Part shown: positions 28,657-42,166 of the stretch, in pieces
Layout of the letters: each line of letters begins with the position of its first letter
How positions within the stretch are numbered: the first letter of the stretch is position 1
NCBI RefSeq assembly: GCF_009914755.1
Contig: NC_060939.1
From: the human T2T-CHM13v2.0 reference genome, Homo sapiens
Strand: one strand, 5' to 3'
Length of the DNA stretch: 64,000 bases
Position numbers and translations under genes: made by a program
The notes under the pieces: model-generated
What the model was told of the DNA's origin: nothing
Database searches by the model: none
Seen by the model: the letters and a program-made list of their open reading frames with translations, nothing else

Positions 28657-28967
28657 GGCTTGGCACAGTGGCTCGTGCCTCTAATACCAGCACTTTGGGA
28701 GGCCAAGGCAGGTGGATCACTTGAGCCCAGGAATTTGAGACAAGCTTGGCCAAAGTGGTGAAACCCTGTTTCTACAAAAAATACAAATACTGGCTGGGCA
28801 TGGGGGTGTGCACCTGTGGTCCCAGGTATTCAGAAGGCAGAGGTGAGAGGATCACCTGAACCCAGGGAGGTCGACACTGCAATAAGCCATGACCACACCT
28901 CTGCACTCCAGCCTAGTCTCACAGGGTGAGACCCTGTCTCCTGTCTAAAAAATATATATACATACAT
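28657..28967 (+). mobile_element. AluJ
   Basis: GGATCACTTGAGCCCAGG and GAGGATCACCTGAACCCAGG. TSD ATTAGCAATGTT. Confidence 0.9.
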
Positions 28968-29704
28968 ATTAGCAATGTTGACCCAGACTCCAAGTGGGCT
29001 TTCCAGAGATGCAATGTGACTTGCTTGCCCTTCCCCTGCACCAAGGGGTCACCGTCTCTGTGTCTCTGTACTCCTCAAACATGGTGAGGTGTCCCAAGAT
29101 GATCTAAGGTTTGAGTGTATTTTAAAGACCCCCAGAAATGTCCACCACCTCATCCCATGAGTCATAAGCAAGGTAACAAAGGTAACAAAGATGATTATCC
29201 TGATTGGGTAGTTCTCAAGGTAGGCAGGGAAGCAGGAAAGACATCTGTTTTAAGGAATCAGCATTTCTCAATGAACATTTGTGGCCACATAAACTTTCCT
29301 GATTATTTCCAGCTATGATTCTGAGAATACAGTTAAAGAAAAGCTAGGATTTCCCACAATATAAATTGGGAGGAGTTCCTTAAATTATTTAATTAACCCT
29401 CTACTATATTCAAATTCCAACAATTTCATTTATATAGAATTGTTTTTCATGAACGTAGTATAAAACATGCCTGCAATTTACTAATAGGATATAATCGAAC
29501 GCCTGACAATAACTCCTTCAAGGTTACTTCTCCCTGGTGAAAGCAAAGCTGAAGGCAGAGCTTGTTTCCCCAATTACAAAAGCAATACTTTCTCTTTTGC
29601 CTGAATTCACAGGGTTGATCGCTGCAGCTCTCCCTTTGTGCTAGATGTGGTGACAGAGCCCATGCGGTGCCCATCAAATTGCTCCAATTTTATGAGGCCA
29701 TATC

Positions 29705-29900
29705 ATGGGGGTGGTAAAGAGCTTGTGCTTGGATTGAGACCCACTAGGACTCAGGTGGGCTGTGGCTTGTTTTTCTCATCTGCAAAATGGGGACCTCCCG
29801 CAACACAGGCATGATATGATATTTAAGATAATACATACATAGTGATTTGCAGAATGCCTGGCACTCACAAGCAGGCTCATAAATATTATTTGTTATTTTT
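29705..29900 (+). mobile_element. MIR
   Basis: TTTTTCTCATCTGCAAAATGGGGA...CAGAATGCCTGGCAC...AAATATTATTTG. Confidence 0.65.
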
Positions 29901-31447
29901 ATGTTTGACTAAAATTGGTTGGGAAACATGTCAAGGTCAGAACAGCAAGAGAGTCATGGCTGGGGATTATTTGCTACAGATGCTGGGCACTGTATTTACG
30001 GAAATATGCCACGGTGCAAATCTCCTGTTTAGAACATAGGGATAATGATTTTCATTCCCGTGCTGAAGTTCCACCACCCATTGTGAGAATTCACTGAAGA
30101 ATGCAGGCGAAGTCTTGGGGAAAGACGAAGCAAAATGGGAAACAATTCCCCTAGGCCTCTGAGCTTCGCGGTTTTGAAATTAGAAACTGAAACCAGTACA
30201 AACGAGAGCAGCTCCACTGCTGTGCTCCAAGGCCCTCTCTGCAGCCCCACGGGCTGGGATTCCCACGTGGCCTGTAAGAATTAAACTTCCCCACATGATC
30301 AAAGGAGAGGGCTGCCCTCCGACGGTCCCCACAGAGCCACGCGCCCCGGAGGCCAGGCAGCTTGCCTGCTCCAATTTATTGACTTGGCTTATCCGAGATG
30401 CTTTCTAGCAGACAAATGGGAGACCTGAAGGCTAATTAATGATGACACCGGAGACTGGCAGTGCATAAAGGAGAGAGGTCATGGACAGATCCACAAATGT
30501 CCTTCACTGTTCAACCGGAAGACTCGCATACGATATTGCTAGACCACCAAGGTTGCCTCAGGCGTGGGCTGTGCCAGGAGCTCCAGTTAAAAGCCAAAGT
30601 CACCCCAGGTTCTCTTTCTGTTATTTTTCTCTTTACACAATTTTTTGGCAATTAAAAATATATTAATTTCCGAAGTTAGTTACTACTAAGTGATCACTGT
30701 GAGACAGAGATGAAATATTAAAAACCAATACATAGTGAAATAACTGAGACTACATGGAGAATATTTTCACTTACAGGTTAAACACTGGTGGAGTATTTTA
30801 GTGAAAGGAAAGATATGGCCTAGACTATTTTAATATTTCAGATATTAGGCTGTTAAGGTCAGAATTATCTGTTTTTTGTTTTTCACCCCTAAGAACAAGG
30901 GAATAAAGCTTATTAAGCCACTTAAAAAGCCTAGGCAGGTTAGAAAAATGTAGCAGTAAGACCCAGATATAATTCATCAAAATCAAATACGTTTAATTGC
31001 TTTGTAAATCAAATGTATGTGGGCAATTGGTATGAAGATATGAAACTTGTTTCTTTTTGTATGAGCTGAAGGACCTGTGGGCTTAGTTAAGTCAGAATAC
31101 AGTTTTAGAGGAAAGGAAAGGTTTATCAGGCTATCTGCTTTTCCAGAGTTCTCTCTTCTTCCCTGTCTGGTTACCTAAGTCTTACCCCACCCTTCCACAG
31201 TCCTGCGCCAGTTCTGCCTCTTCCTCACTTTTACAAGATCCATGTCCTGTTCACAAGCTCCCTGCTCAAAGGACCGCCATAGAAAATGGCTGCAGCAACA
31301 TATGGAATTTTTTTACTAAAGCAAATTCTTGTATTATATCAATGGGGCTTAGATGAGAGACATAAAGTGAAGCCAGAGATCAAAAGCCTAGAATGCTTGG
31401 TTAAGGAGTTTATCATACAGGAATCCATTCAATAAATACATCAGTTC

Positions 31448-31773
<326 letters not shown>

Positions 31774-32996
31774 CTACTGAGCACCTACTACGTGCCATAA
31801 ATTGTGTCAGATATTGGGGTTCCATCAGCAAAAGAAACAGACTAAATTCTCTGCCCTCAGACATTATAGTGAATGGGTCACCAACTAAGATTTCTTAATG
31901 GGTATGGCACGCAGTAATTATTGTTTCTAGTAACTTGAACTGCAGGCAAACCTACGAGTTATTTCCTTCCATGTTCATCTTTTCTACTTTAATCCCTTTA
32001 GTAAGAACAGGACCGTCTAGTGCACTTCCTGGTGGTGGGGTGGGAGGACGTGGTTAGAAAAAGTGAATGTCCTTTTAGCTTCCTGCCCCCAAACACACTT
32101 TTATCAAAACAAATGTAAAAACAAATTCAGAACTCAGAATCTCAATATTAGCTTAACTTGCACAATTTTCTTCTTATGGCATTGGCCTTAAACTGACTAA
32201 GGAATTACATGAAATGCAATGTAATAAAATACTAAAGTTAGAACAGTAATATTTTATTTTGGCTAGCAGCAATGCATGGACTTCTATGAAAGGGGAAAAT
32301 CATACTTACAATTAATAAAATATTAGATATTTTTTCATTTGCTTATTAAAGCTTGGCACAAATGAGAAGGTACTATTTTGTGGCTATCTACTGTACACAC
32401 TTTTTTATAAGGCCATATAGAAAAGGCCACACAAAGGGAGGTTTCAAGTTGATTTAAGCCAAAAACAAATGACAGAAGCCTGCAATAAAAAGTACCTATT
32501 TCATGTTCTTGAGGTCTGATGCTACACAGCAGGAGTATTTTAAATCTTGGCAGGGTTAAGAGTAGGGAGTGGTATTACTGGAAATCACAGGGTGAGGATA
32601 ACTAGGAGAGGGCAAAGGGGAAATCTATTCAAGGAGACACCGACATAAGTTAGATTTTGAAAGGGACTGCTACACCCATTTTCTACTAAATAGCCCTTCA
32701 AAGCCCACATTTCTCAGCTCAAATCAGACAACTGTGCATTAATGACCCATATGTGGAAAATCTATATGTAACCAAAGGTGTTTTCCTTCTTTAACCTTGG
32801 TTTGGGGATTCACCTGACATCATATGCAAATTTTTCCTCCTAATGACTCTATTCATCCAAAGGCAAGACACTATATTTAAAGTGGTCAAAAAACTCCGAA
32901 TTCCCAGTTGTCCATTCAAGTTAAAACACAGGCTTTAGACACATGGAACCCAGGTCAAAATATTATCTCAGAATAATGTAGCTACATACATGGACT

Positions 32997-33040
32997 TAGA
33001 CAAACAAGTGCCTTTTTATAGACAAACAAGTGCCTTTTTA
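32997..33040. repeat. Perfect 22-bp tandem duplication
   Basis: TAGACAAACAAGTGCCTTTTTA twice. Confidence 0.95.
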
Positions 33041-33084
33041 TATCTACACATACATAGTGTCTATGCCTCAAAAGCTAATTAGAA

Positions 33085-33580
33085 CATTGTACTTAGTGAA
33101 TAGAGCTTTAGTATACTCCAAGAAGTAGAAACAATCCAAATGCCCATCCATCGTCTGATAAATGGATAAATAAAATATACTTTATACACAGAATGAAATA
33201 TTTGGCCATTAAAACAAATGAAGTACAAGTACATACTACTACATAGAAGAACGTTGAAAACATTATGCTAAGTAAGAAAAGCCAATCACAAGAGACCACA
33301 TATCCTATGATTCTACTCACATGAAATGTCCCAGTAGGCAAATCTATAGAGACAAAGCGGATTAGTAGTGGCTGAGGACTAGGAGAGAAAGAGGGAGAGA
33401 GAGAGAGGTGACAGCTAAGGGGGTAAGGGAGAAAAGTTTTCCTTTTGGAGTAATAAAAATTTCAAAAAATTGATTGTGGCAATGGTTGTACAACTTTGTG
33501 AATACACCAAAAGTCATCAGATTGTACACTTTAAATGGGTGAATTATGTGGAATGTGATTTCATCTTAATAAAGCTGCCT
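33085..33580 (+). mobile_element. L1MB (MB7-like) 3' end, 5'-truncated
   Basis: GAAAACATTATGCTAAGT...GGCAAATCTATAGAGAC...TGTACACTTTAAATGGGTGAATT...AATAAAGCTG. Intact 14-bp TSD AAAGCTAATTAGAA at 33071-33084 and 33581-33594. Confidence 0.88.
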
Positions 33581-33840
33581 AAAGCTAATTAGAAAGTCAG
33601 CCTTAAACTGGAACTATAATGAACAGATAAATGAAGAATGCCTCATCTGTACTTCTTTATATAAGGTAAATAATTTTAAAAATCTTAGGTGCAACTATGT
33701 CTTCATTATAATACTTACAATATTACTAAACTAGGAATCAAAAGTGGGAAATGAGTTTGAGATGCACATGTAATTGAGAAATTAAACATATTAGTCAATC
33801 TTCAAAAAGTAGCAACAAACGTTATTAAAATAAAAGACCT

Positions 33841-34155
<315 letters not shown>

Positions 34156-34338
34156 ACCTACTAAAAATAACTGAACTCAATAATAGAAATACAAGTAAAG
34201 CATTTAAATTAAAAGTGCTAACTTTTGGAAAATTAAAACAATAGCTTTCGCACATTCTTAATTGTGGCATACAGCTATGTATATATATTTACACATATAC
34301 ACCAACAATTGGTACATTAGAAAAATTTCCCCTTTGAG

Positions 34339-34533
34339 GAACATCACACAACGGGGCCTGTTGTGGGGTGGCGGGAGTGGGGAGGGATAGCATTAGGAGA
34401 TATACCTAATGTAAATGACGAGTTAATGGGTACAGCACACCAACATGACAAATCTATACATATGTAACAAACCTGCACGTTGTGCACATGTACCCTAGAA
34501 CTTAAAGTATAATAAAAAAAAAGAAAAAAGAAA
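34339..34533 (+). mobile_element. L1PA (PA4-like) 3' terminal ~200 bp
   Basis: G-rich 3'UTR, then AATGTAAATGACGAGTTAATGGG...GTACCCTAGAACTTAAAGTATAATAAAA. TSD AAAAATTTCCCCTTTGA on both sides. Confidence 0.93.
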
Positions 34534-34984
34534 AAAAATTTCCCCTTTGAACTACTCTTGATTTAAAGATGCATTTATTCTTAGTTTTTCATACACTCTA
34601 TTTGGCTGGAAAAGTTATTTAATATCTGACTCTTAGTTTCTTGATACATAAAATCTTGTGAGGACTAAATAAACATGTGAAAAAAAAGCATTTTGTATGC
34701 TGAATAGTAAAACGCTAGCCAAAATATTCTTCAGCTATTTTAAATAATCAAACAGTAGAAAGGCTGGCTAGATAACATACTGTACGCGGCTTTATTCTTT
34801 GTTTCCAAGAAGAGCTAAACAATAACAGCAACCTCACAAACTCTTTGAATAACTGACATTCCTAATGTTTGTGTGTTTAATAAACAAATCATGTTACAGT
34901 CTAATCATTTTCCCAGTCCAACTGTCTTTTAAAATTTGCAATACTCACTTTTTCCTATTTCTTGTTTCATGACCCACTGAAATT

Positions 34985-36288
34985 TACTTCCTCCCCATTG
35001 TGACACTGAGAAAGCACTCTGAAGTCACTAATTAACCCATCCTGTGGGCAGTGTCCTCATTTTGTATCTCCTTCGCTGACAACCCAGCAGGATTCTGCAT
35101 CTTGACTACTTCTCCTTTGTAAAACACTTTGTCCCTTAGCGTCTGTGTTCCCCATTGTGGGCTTTCCTCCTACTTCTGCCTGCCCTGTTTCCTATGCAGC
35201 CTCATCTTCCTATACAGAGTCATTAAACGTTAAAGTTCTCTAGGGTTTGGCATAAGGCTGCTCCTCCTCCCATGCTATGCTCTCTGTCTAGACAATGTCA
35301 TCCAGGTAAACATTTCAGTAACCATATCTGGGATGTGTCTCCCAAGTTTACACAGCTAGCCCACAGTTTCACCTCCTACGGAACTCCTGAATTCATTACT
35401 CTTCACCAGGCTGCTATAGTCTCAGCCTAACTGTTCTTCCCATATCCACCCTGCCTCTCTCTGATTTGTTCTCCATACCTGAGTCAAAGTGACCTTTATA
35501 AAATCTCATTATGCCAGTCCCCTGCTTAAACCTGCAGGCACCTCTATTACTCTGAGAGGTTGTCTTCAATCCCTCAAGCTGGCCTGCAAGGCCCTCCATG
35601 CGCTACGTCTTGCCTGCCTTCCCAGCCTCACCCTGCTCTCCCTGCCACAGTGGCCCTTCTTTCCATTCCTCAAACATGCTCACTTCTTCCCATTATGGTG
35701 TTCTCCTGCTATGCCACTCTCCTTCACTTCCTAGTAACCAGGACCTAGTCAGTGCTTAGTCATCATTACGACCTCAGCTCAGAAGTCTCATCAGGTTTTT
35801 TTTTTTTGAGACGGAGTCTCGCTCTTTCACCCAGGCTGGAGTGCAGTCGTGTGATCTCCTCGGCTCACTGCAAGCTCCGCCTCATGGGTTCACGCCATTC
35901 TCCTGCCTCAGCCCCCTGCCCCCCGCTCCCTGTGCAAAGGCTAATTTTTTGTATTTTTAGTAGAGACGGGGTTTCACCATGTTAGCCGGGATGGTCTCAA
36001 TCTCCTGACCTCGTGATCTGCCCGCCTCGGCCTCCCAAAGTGCTGGGATTACAGGCGTGAGCCACCGCGCCCGGCCATCAGGATTTCTTTTCCACCTTCC
36101 ATTCTGTGATGAGAGACCCTCTGTTACAAAGTCATAGCACTGTATACCTTTCCCCTTTTCATGATTATTGGATTGTCTCCCTCATTAGGCAGAAACTGTA
36201 TTTTTCTTACTGTTAAATCTCCAGCATCTACTGTAATGTCTATCTAGTGAAAGCTGTTCCATGGGTATTTGCTAAATAAATGAATAAA
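34985..36288 (+). mobile_element. L2 relic interrupted by AluY
   Basis: L2 body motifs and terminus TATTTGCTAAATAAATGAATAAA. Confidence 0.7.
35796..36076 (-). mobile_element. AluY with internal segment replaced by non-Alu filler
   Basis: GCAAGCTCCGCC, CACGCCATTCTCC, GTTAGCCGGGATGGTCTC. TSD core ATCAGG. 35914-35938 is not Alu sequence. Confidence 0.92.
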
Positions 36289-36368
36289 CTACCAGTTAAA
36301 GGGGAGAAACTTACACATGTGCAGTATGGATATTAGTGTCTTGACAGAATTTGGCTGTAGTACATGTA

Positions 36369-36854
36369 CACTCATGTACCTCAGAATGATGCTTCTGTCA
36401 ATAATGGACCACATATAAAACAATGGTGCCATAAAATTATAATGAAGCTGAAAAATTCTGATAGTCCGGTGATGATGTAGCCTTTGTAACACTGTAGAGC
36501 AAGGCATTACCTTTCCTTTGTTTAGATACACAAATGCTTACCATTGTGTTATAATTGCCTACAGTATTCAGCAGAATACTGAATACAGTTACAGTATAGT
36601 ACAGCCAGTAGTACTGTAATATACTGTTAACTATATTCAGTATTCTACTGAATAATGTTGGGGACTGTAACAGTATAGAAACCTGTGCAGATTTGTAGCG
36701 TAGACGCCATAGGCTATACCATCTAGCTTAGGTGTGAAGTAGGCTACACCATCTATGTTTGTGTAAGTACACTCTATGATGTTTGCACAATGATGATATT
36801 GCCTAACGACACATTTCTCAGAACATATCCCAGTTGTTAAGTGACACATGACTG
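36369..36854. mobile_element. Tigger3/MER7-family non-autonomous DNA transposon
   Basis: Termini TA|CACTCATG ... CATGACTG|TA. Internal GTTTAGATACACAAATGCTTACCATTGTGTTA and GTGTAAGTACACTCTATGATGTT...CATTTCTCAGAAC. Confidence 0.88.
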
Positions 36855-37064
36855 TATGTATGTATATGTAGACACAGACATATGCACATACACCGACACG
36901 TGAAAAACATCTCTCTTCATTTGTATAATACATGTAGATGGAGGCAGGGGCTGGAGAAGACACAAGTACACTGACATTCACTCATTCACCCACTTTCACT
37001 CACATTCACTCATTCAGATACGAGATACACATTTTTTTTTAAATCCCTGTCCGGGTTCCATAAA

Positions 37065-38300
37065 CATTCATACATTCAAAATACTTACCAAGTATCTGCT
37101 GTATGCCACTGAGCTAAATGTTGGGGACAAATATTTAATGAGACCTACTGGTCATTTCTCCTCCAAAAAACATTCACAGTCTAGCAACAATGAGAAACAA
37201 GGAAATGAACAAATTGTGATATAGTGTGGTGTGATGGAACGCTGGGTATAGGCCTCTATTTCAGACTGGGCCAGGAGTTAGTAGCCAGGAAAGGCTCTCC
37301 AGGAGAGAAAACTTATGAGTTGAACTGCAAAGGTCAAGGAGGAGCTAGCCCTCAACCACAGTGAGGAAAGAGAATTAAGGTGAAATGTCATGAATAAAAG
37401 TAATACATGATGAGAACGCACGGGCCATTTGAATGAGTTAAGTGGTGTAGCATGTCTGGAGCTGTGGGACCTTCTCTCCTCAGATCACTGGTGTTCTGCA
37501 TTCAGATTTTGGTGTAAAGGAAAGAGTGTGCGTAGGGGAGAAAAGCTTCTGGGCCCCAAAGGTATCCCAGGTTACACACTCAGGTGAACGGTGAAAAGGC
37601 TGGTGACCAGCCTGGTTAGGAAAAGTGTCACAGACATAAGGGGCTTGCAATTTTACTTAAAGTAGTTAGGAAAAGTCTCACTGTGAAGCTATTTGACTAG
37701 AGATTTAATCAGAGTAAGGGAGGGAGTCATGAGCAAGCTCGAGGTGGAAAATCAAAGGTGTTATTTAGAGCACATTAAGTTTGAAATGTGAATTAGACAC
37801 TCAAGTATATATAAAAGTCTGCAGTCTGGGACTCATGGCTGGAGTAGACACACATGCCAGGAAGTCATTGGTATAAAATTGGTATTTAAAGTGATAGCAA
37901 AATATGAATTGCCATGGGGAGAATACAGCCAAGGAAGAGAAGGTGTTGCAGGACAAACCCTGGGGCATGTGCACAGTGGAGGAGAGGCCAGCAATGAACA
38001 GAGAAGAGCTGGTCAGTAGGAAAGTGAAGGTCTGGAGTTACATGACCTGAGAAGAAAACAGAATTGCAGGAAAGAAAGAGCAGTCAGCTCTGTGCAGAAG
38101 GATCAAGTGAGATGAAGACAGAGAAATAACACTGATTCTAGTGACACAGAGGTCACTTGTAATCTCAAAAGCAGTTCCAGGGAAGTTGGGGGTGCGGGGA
38201 AAAAGCCAGCTTGGAGAGGCGTGAGGTAAATGGAGAAAGATTCTGTAGCCACTTGTTTAAGAAGTTAAGCTACAGAAAGAACGCCAAAATGGGGAAGTCG
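37065..38300 (-). mobile_element. L2 relic
   Basis: Starts CATTCATACATTCAAAATACTTACCAAG. Later GGAAAGGCTCTCCAGGAG, CACATTAAGTTTGAAATG and GATCAAGTGAGATGAAGACAGAGAAA. Confidence 0.65.
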
Positions 38301-39659
38301 TTGGAATTAAGCCTAAAAGATAGCTCTAGTTTTCCTGGTCAAGTGCTAAAGATCAAATGAGGCCATGGAAGTGTTGTTTTCTTGGTGACTTTAAAACTGA
38401 TTTAGTTCTTATCTGCCTGGGATGTTTTTGATAGTTTCCTTTCATGGTAGTAGGACTCCTTAGAAAGATTCTTCCTTTAATTTTTCAAGAAAACTCCCAA
38501 AGCCATCATGTCATAAAAATCATTCCATACAAGAAGATATTCTCTAGGGCTACTTTGATCACGTGCAGAAGAGGTCTAGCCCTTTACAGAGCGGCTGCCT
38601 CTTTCTCCAGAGGAATGTTCCATAAAAATAAACCCACCAGGAAGCTGGAGTCCAGGGGAATCCCATGATTCTGATTCACTCCACTGAGGGAGGCTGCCCA
38701 AGATCAAATTCACCTTAATGTACCATGATTGGGAGTGAGTATTCTCCATGAAAAAATTTAAGCAGAGGTGACAGGGCCAAGTGAGGACATGCTAGTGCGC
38801 TTTAGGACTTTTGGAAAGACTTGCAAAGCTGGGCCACTGACTACAGCCTTTGCACGGAATTGTCTAAAGCACCATTCAAAGGTCCCGCCTACCAAACGTC
38901 ACAGCTGAGTCAGAATTTCCACTGTGATGATTATGTGGTTACGGACGCAGCCTCGGTCTGCGAGACATTAGCATGAAACATATTCATTAATCACCTACCC
39001 ATGACGAGGCCTAAATATAGATGGATTGGGCATGATTTGATTTATAGGGTGTTAAGCGATTCAAACATTTATTCAAAAACATCCCTTTCACTGGTCCCCA
39101 CAAAAATCGCCACCATGAGAAGCCTTCCCTTGAATTAAAGATGGTAACTCCAGAAATTTCATTAGAAATGCATATGTATTCGTTGAAAAAGAAAACATTG
39201 TCAAGAATAATTTAATGCTTTAGTAGAAATGTATTTCTAAGATTGGTTTAGGAGGTAGGGGATTTCAAAAACAATAGGTAGGAAAGTTGTGTTAACATGG
39301 AAGAAAAAGGCACATACTGCAAGCTCTGGCATCGAGGTGGACTGTGTGGCAGGGGTCCTAGGCAGGCAGCCCAGGCATGGAGGTACCGGGCCTCTGAAGG
39401 GGAAGGGAACTCATCTTCGGGAGGAGAGCAGCGACTAACTTCTAAAAAGTATTAGGAAGGTAACATATACACACAAAGACATTTGAAAAACATTTTTAAA
39501 ACAGCAGAAAAAACAAATCGGTCATGACACCATGACCAAAACACAGTCACCATCTAAGACTTGCATACTTTCTCTTTCAGGGTCTGGGCCTCGGTATCGC
39601 GCTCCTTGCCCCTCCATCATTTTATGGGGGTTGCCTTACTTATATTTGATAAAGAATTT

Positions 39660-40035
39660 TTTTGTATTTTGATTCTTTCTATTAACATATCATGCACACA
39701 TTCTCCTGTTATTTCACAAACTCCACAAGCATGTTTAACAGCCATATAAAATTTCATCAGGTAGGCATGCCATAGCTCACTTAATTCTCCTGTAGTTGGA
39801 TAGTGAAATCCTTTCTACCTTATTCTCATGGGGAGTCAGGCTTGAGCCACATCTGTGTCCATACAAACTTATTCTAGGTTGAGGGTCATTTCTTTAGGAA
39901 ATGACCTAAAGATACAAGATACAAAGATAAAAGATACAAGAAATGAAATTATAGGTAAAAAGGAAAAACCTTTGTAGAATTCTTGATATTAGTGGTCAAA
40001 CTGTTTTTGGTACAAAATGGGTTGTACCACAATGG
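39660..40035 (-). mobile_element. Old L1ME-like fragment
   Basis: GCATGCCATAGCTCACTTAATTCTCCTGTAGTTGGA, ATTTCTTTAGGAAAT, TTCTTGATATTAGTGGTCAAACTGTTT. Confidence 0.5.
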
Positions 40036-42166
40036 GAGAGATGAAGGGGAGAGATTTTGGAAATAAAACCATTTTCTGTACCACTCTGCAGAGGTGGCTG
40101 GCTCCATGCAAGCTAGAACGGTGCCTGTCACTGTCATGTAGGGACTACGGTCATCACATTGGAAGTGCAAAACTCTGGAATGGAAAACAGTAAGAGGACC
40201 ATCCATCCACTGAAGTAATTTACTCAAACACAAGACCATAACTGGTGATATATGAGAGTTGATATAGAAATTGGGGATTAATCACAGCATAAAACTAGGT
40301 TTGAGGCCTGTGCATGAAAGTAGCTCTTTTTTTTTTTTTTGAAAGGCCCTAATGTGTCACGTTTAATTGGAATGTAAATTATGCTACTGTCAGCACTAGC
40401 AAAGCTGTCTGAACTTGGGGGAAGTGTACAGCAAACTTACATCAAACACTCAGAGTTTTGTAATATACATTTATATAATTATGAGCACACAAAATTTTAA
40501 ATGCTCAGACTTTCCAATCAACAATATCAAGTAATCATTTGGACATACGATTGCAATTCAAGTCATTTGTGAAGAACATATAGAGCCTATATTTTGGGGC
40601 ACTCCCATTGAATAGTACTTCAAGAAGCATACAGGTATCATTAGTGCAAGACAATGGTTAAAAGTCAGCAAAGGCAGAGCAAAGTTGTTAGCTAGAACGC
40701 CTCACTCCTCCCAAAATTATAGCAACACATCTTATCCACTGCTCTAATCAGGAAAATAGTACTCCTATAGGAATGCTTAAATACTAAATATGTCCTCTGA
40801 AGTCAAAATGCATATTTTGTGGCAATTTTTACTAGAATTGAGGATTCTCTCACACATACACGTCTTGAAGGCCACAGGCCTGAGCCTCTTTATGAATCAA
40901 GGAAATCAGTAAGAGGAAGAGGTATTACAGCAATGCTGGTCTTAGGACTAGTCCCCTTCCAGCAGTGCAACAGCTGGCTACAAAGAGGCCAGTGATTAAG
41001 ATACACAAGGCCTATTAGTAAAAAGCAACCTGTCCCCACATTGCTCCACCAGGACAGCTGCAAGTCTTCCACGGTTTCTCTGACCTCTGAGCCCATGTTC
41101 CCGTTTCAGCCCTCGCTGGTTAGTCACATTAACTGTAATTTTCTACTCTGGAAAGTGTTTACATCTAAATGAACCATGAGGGAATAAAGGAGAAATGACA
41201 GAAAGGCATAAAGAGAAGAGAGGGAAAAAAAAAAGGATGGAAAGTTATTTTTAAAACACACAACCTAATCTGGTGGATGAATTCTGGTATCTAGTCTTGG
41301 CTCCAGAATCACTGGCAAAGCATGGAGCTGGCAGCCACTGCTAATCAGTTTGCCACTGTCTTCAGATTTAATGCAATATTTGGCTCAGACATTTAAAAAA
41401 ATCCTATTCCAGCTAAAATATTTACACAGTCCTATGTGTCTCACTTAATGCCTGTTAAGCAATCGTCTTTTAAAACTCCACAGACACTTGTAAATCTGTC
41501 GGGAGAATTGTGGCCTATAAACAAGGTTTCATATAAAGAAGGCTGCATTGTCAATTTTGGGGGAGTAGGGATTTCTTAGGATGTGTTTGAAAATAGAGTT
41601 GAATATCAGAAACAGTTTAGAGTGGGTAACAAAGTGGCCAATAGTCTCGCTTGCTGGACGCCGTTAGTGGTATTAACGGGAAGCCTCCAGACACTGATCT
41701 CAGCTATTTAAAACTGTGCTCTCCTGTAAATCTGTCATTGATCCTACCTCTCTCTTGAGTTATGGCGCAGGGACAGTTTCTGGTCCAGCAGCCCCTGGTA
41801 GTCTGCATCCTAGGGCCTGTCAGGCTAGAGATGATGAGCTGCTGGAGCCTTTAACAGGAGGCTATTACGTGGTTATACGTAAAGTGAGTGTGTGTAAGCA
41901 TCTGAGGAAGGATGGGGGACTGCTAGAGGAGAGGGGGAGTTCTGGGCAGGGCTGATGTTGAGAAGAACAAGACGGCTGAAATGACAAATAAATAGTATCC
42001 ACTGAGAGGCTAGGTGTCACAGATTCTGAAATGCCTATTAAACTCTCTAACATCTTCAGCCCTGATGTTAATAAGACTAGGTGATAAAACTTAAAGTCAT
42101 GGAGGCCCCTCCAAGCTATCTCCTGTTGGCCTGGGGAGCGCAAGGAATTTGTCTCTGTCTTTGGGA

